32,000 bases of DNA from Buchnera aphidicola (Neophyllaphis podocarpi) (GTDB lineage: Bacteria; Pseudomonadota; Gammaproteobacteria; Enterobacterales; Enterobacteriaceae): NCBI RefSeq assembly GCF_964059055.1, contig NZ_OZ060386.1:30001-62000 (forward strand). The letters run 5' to 3'. Below the pieces are notes generated by a model. That model did not search any database, was not told where the DNA came from, and worked only from the letters and a program-made list of their open reading frames with translations. Position numbers and translations under genes: made by a program. Shown here in pieces: positions 31,199-32,000 of the stretch. The stretch's first letter is position 1; each line of letters opens with the position of its first letter.

Positions 31199-32000
31199 TT
31201 ATTTTGATAATTCTTTATTTATCGACCAAAGTTCTTGTTTTTCACTTTTTTTTAATCCTTTATATCGTTCTAGATTTATTAATAAATTTTGACGTTTTTC
31301 TAATGCAATATTATATATTTTTGTTATTGAGTCTATAAACATGATCTTAATTTTATTATTTTTAATCATGTGGTCCCATTTTATAAATTTTTTTATTATT
31401 TTTTCTAATTTTTTTCCTCTATAGTTTTCAATTAACTGAGATGGTTTAATATTTGGATTATAAAGACATGTTTTTATTAAATCTATAAAAATATTCATTC
31501 CAGGTAATCTTATTTTATTTAATATTTTTATTGAAGGAGTTAATTTTACTAAATATGGATTTTGTGCTAATAAACCAATTAATATGCGTATTGTATTATT
31601 TTTGAAATCGTTTTTTTGTTTATTTTTTTTCCTTTCTTTTTCTTTTAATAAATTAATATTTAATTGATTAATATCTGGAATTCCTAGATTATTTCCTAAT
31701 TCTTTATATAAATATATCTTCATAGTTTTTCCTGGTATTTTATTAATTAAAGGAATCACTAATTTAGTTAATAATGAACGTGTTTCATTATTAATGATAT
31801 TTATTTTTTTTATTAATATTTTGAATATAAATTTAGACATTGGTATAGCTTTAGAGATTCTTTTTTTAAATAGTTTCTTTCCTTCTTTTTTTATTATTGA
31901 ATCAGGGTCTTCTCCTTTAGGTAAAAATATGAAACTTATTGTTCTTCCATCATATATATATGGTAACGACATATTTAATGATTTCCAAGCAGTATTTATT
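31199..32000 (-). CDS. dnaG: DNA primase DnaG, C-terminal portion (the gene continues beyond the window end)
   Basis: The frame is open from the window edge (..INTAWKSLNMSLPYIYDGRTISFIFLPKGEDPDS..) to the stop at 31199. It is colinear with the E. coli DnaG TOPRIM end and C-terminal helicase-binding domain (FLPDGEDPD, RILIGLL.QNP). It lies upstream of rpoD, as in the rpsU-dnaG-rpoD operon. Confidence 0.93.
   Translation of the reverse strand, partial: INTAWKSLNMSLPYIYDGRTISFIFLPKGEDPDSIIKKEGKKLFKKRISKAIPMSKFIFKILIKKINIINNETRSLLTKLVIPLINKIPGKTMKIYLYKELGNNLGIPDINQLNINLLKEKERKKNKQKNDFKNNTIRILIGLLAQNPYLVKLTPSIKILNKIRLPGMNIFIDLIKTCLYNPNIKPSQLIENYRGKKLEKIIKKFIKWDHMIKNNKIKIMFIDSITKIYNIALEKRQNLLINLERYKGLKKSEKQELWSINKELSK

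Overview
This window is a conserved core-genome block from an extremely AT-rich, reduced gammaproteobacterial genome, of the Enterobacterales insect-endosymbiont type. Protein composition is heavily biased to K/N/I, and I cannot name the species from sequence alone. Gene order follows the E. coli layout: yigL-metR/metE, purH, thiEFSGH, then rpoC-rpoB-rplL-rplJ-rplA-rplK-nusG-secE on the minus strand. Next come the thrU-tyrU-glyT-thrT tRNA cluster with no tufB, coaA, birA, murB, metF, argG, argH, rpoD and the 3' part of dnaG. Standard code 11 fits, because all conserved genes end at the expected lengths. I see no mobile elements, CRISPR arrays, rRNA or obvious foreign DNA, so this is an ordinary housekeeping region and not an accessory island. 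Five observations deserve a second look. (1) The adjacent essential genes murB and birA are each intact except for one frameshift inside a long poly(A) tract (A10 and A9). This is the pattern described for transcriptional-slippage rescue in Buchnera and Blochmannia. (2) A sharp island of about 114 nt at the translation start of rpoD keeps GC-rich, free-living-type synonymous codons in an otherwise AT-saturated gene. (3) A perfect in-frame 42-bp tandem duplication lies in the acidic spacer of rpoD. (4) The thiEFSGH operon lacks thiC and any recognisable TPP riboswitch. (5) rplK has lost its normal stop and runs 47 nt into rplA. The only GC-rich intergenic element outside the tRNAs is a strong hairpin plus U-tract between rplL and rpoB, at the position of the classical attenuator.
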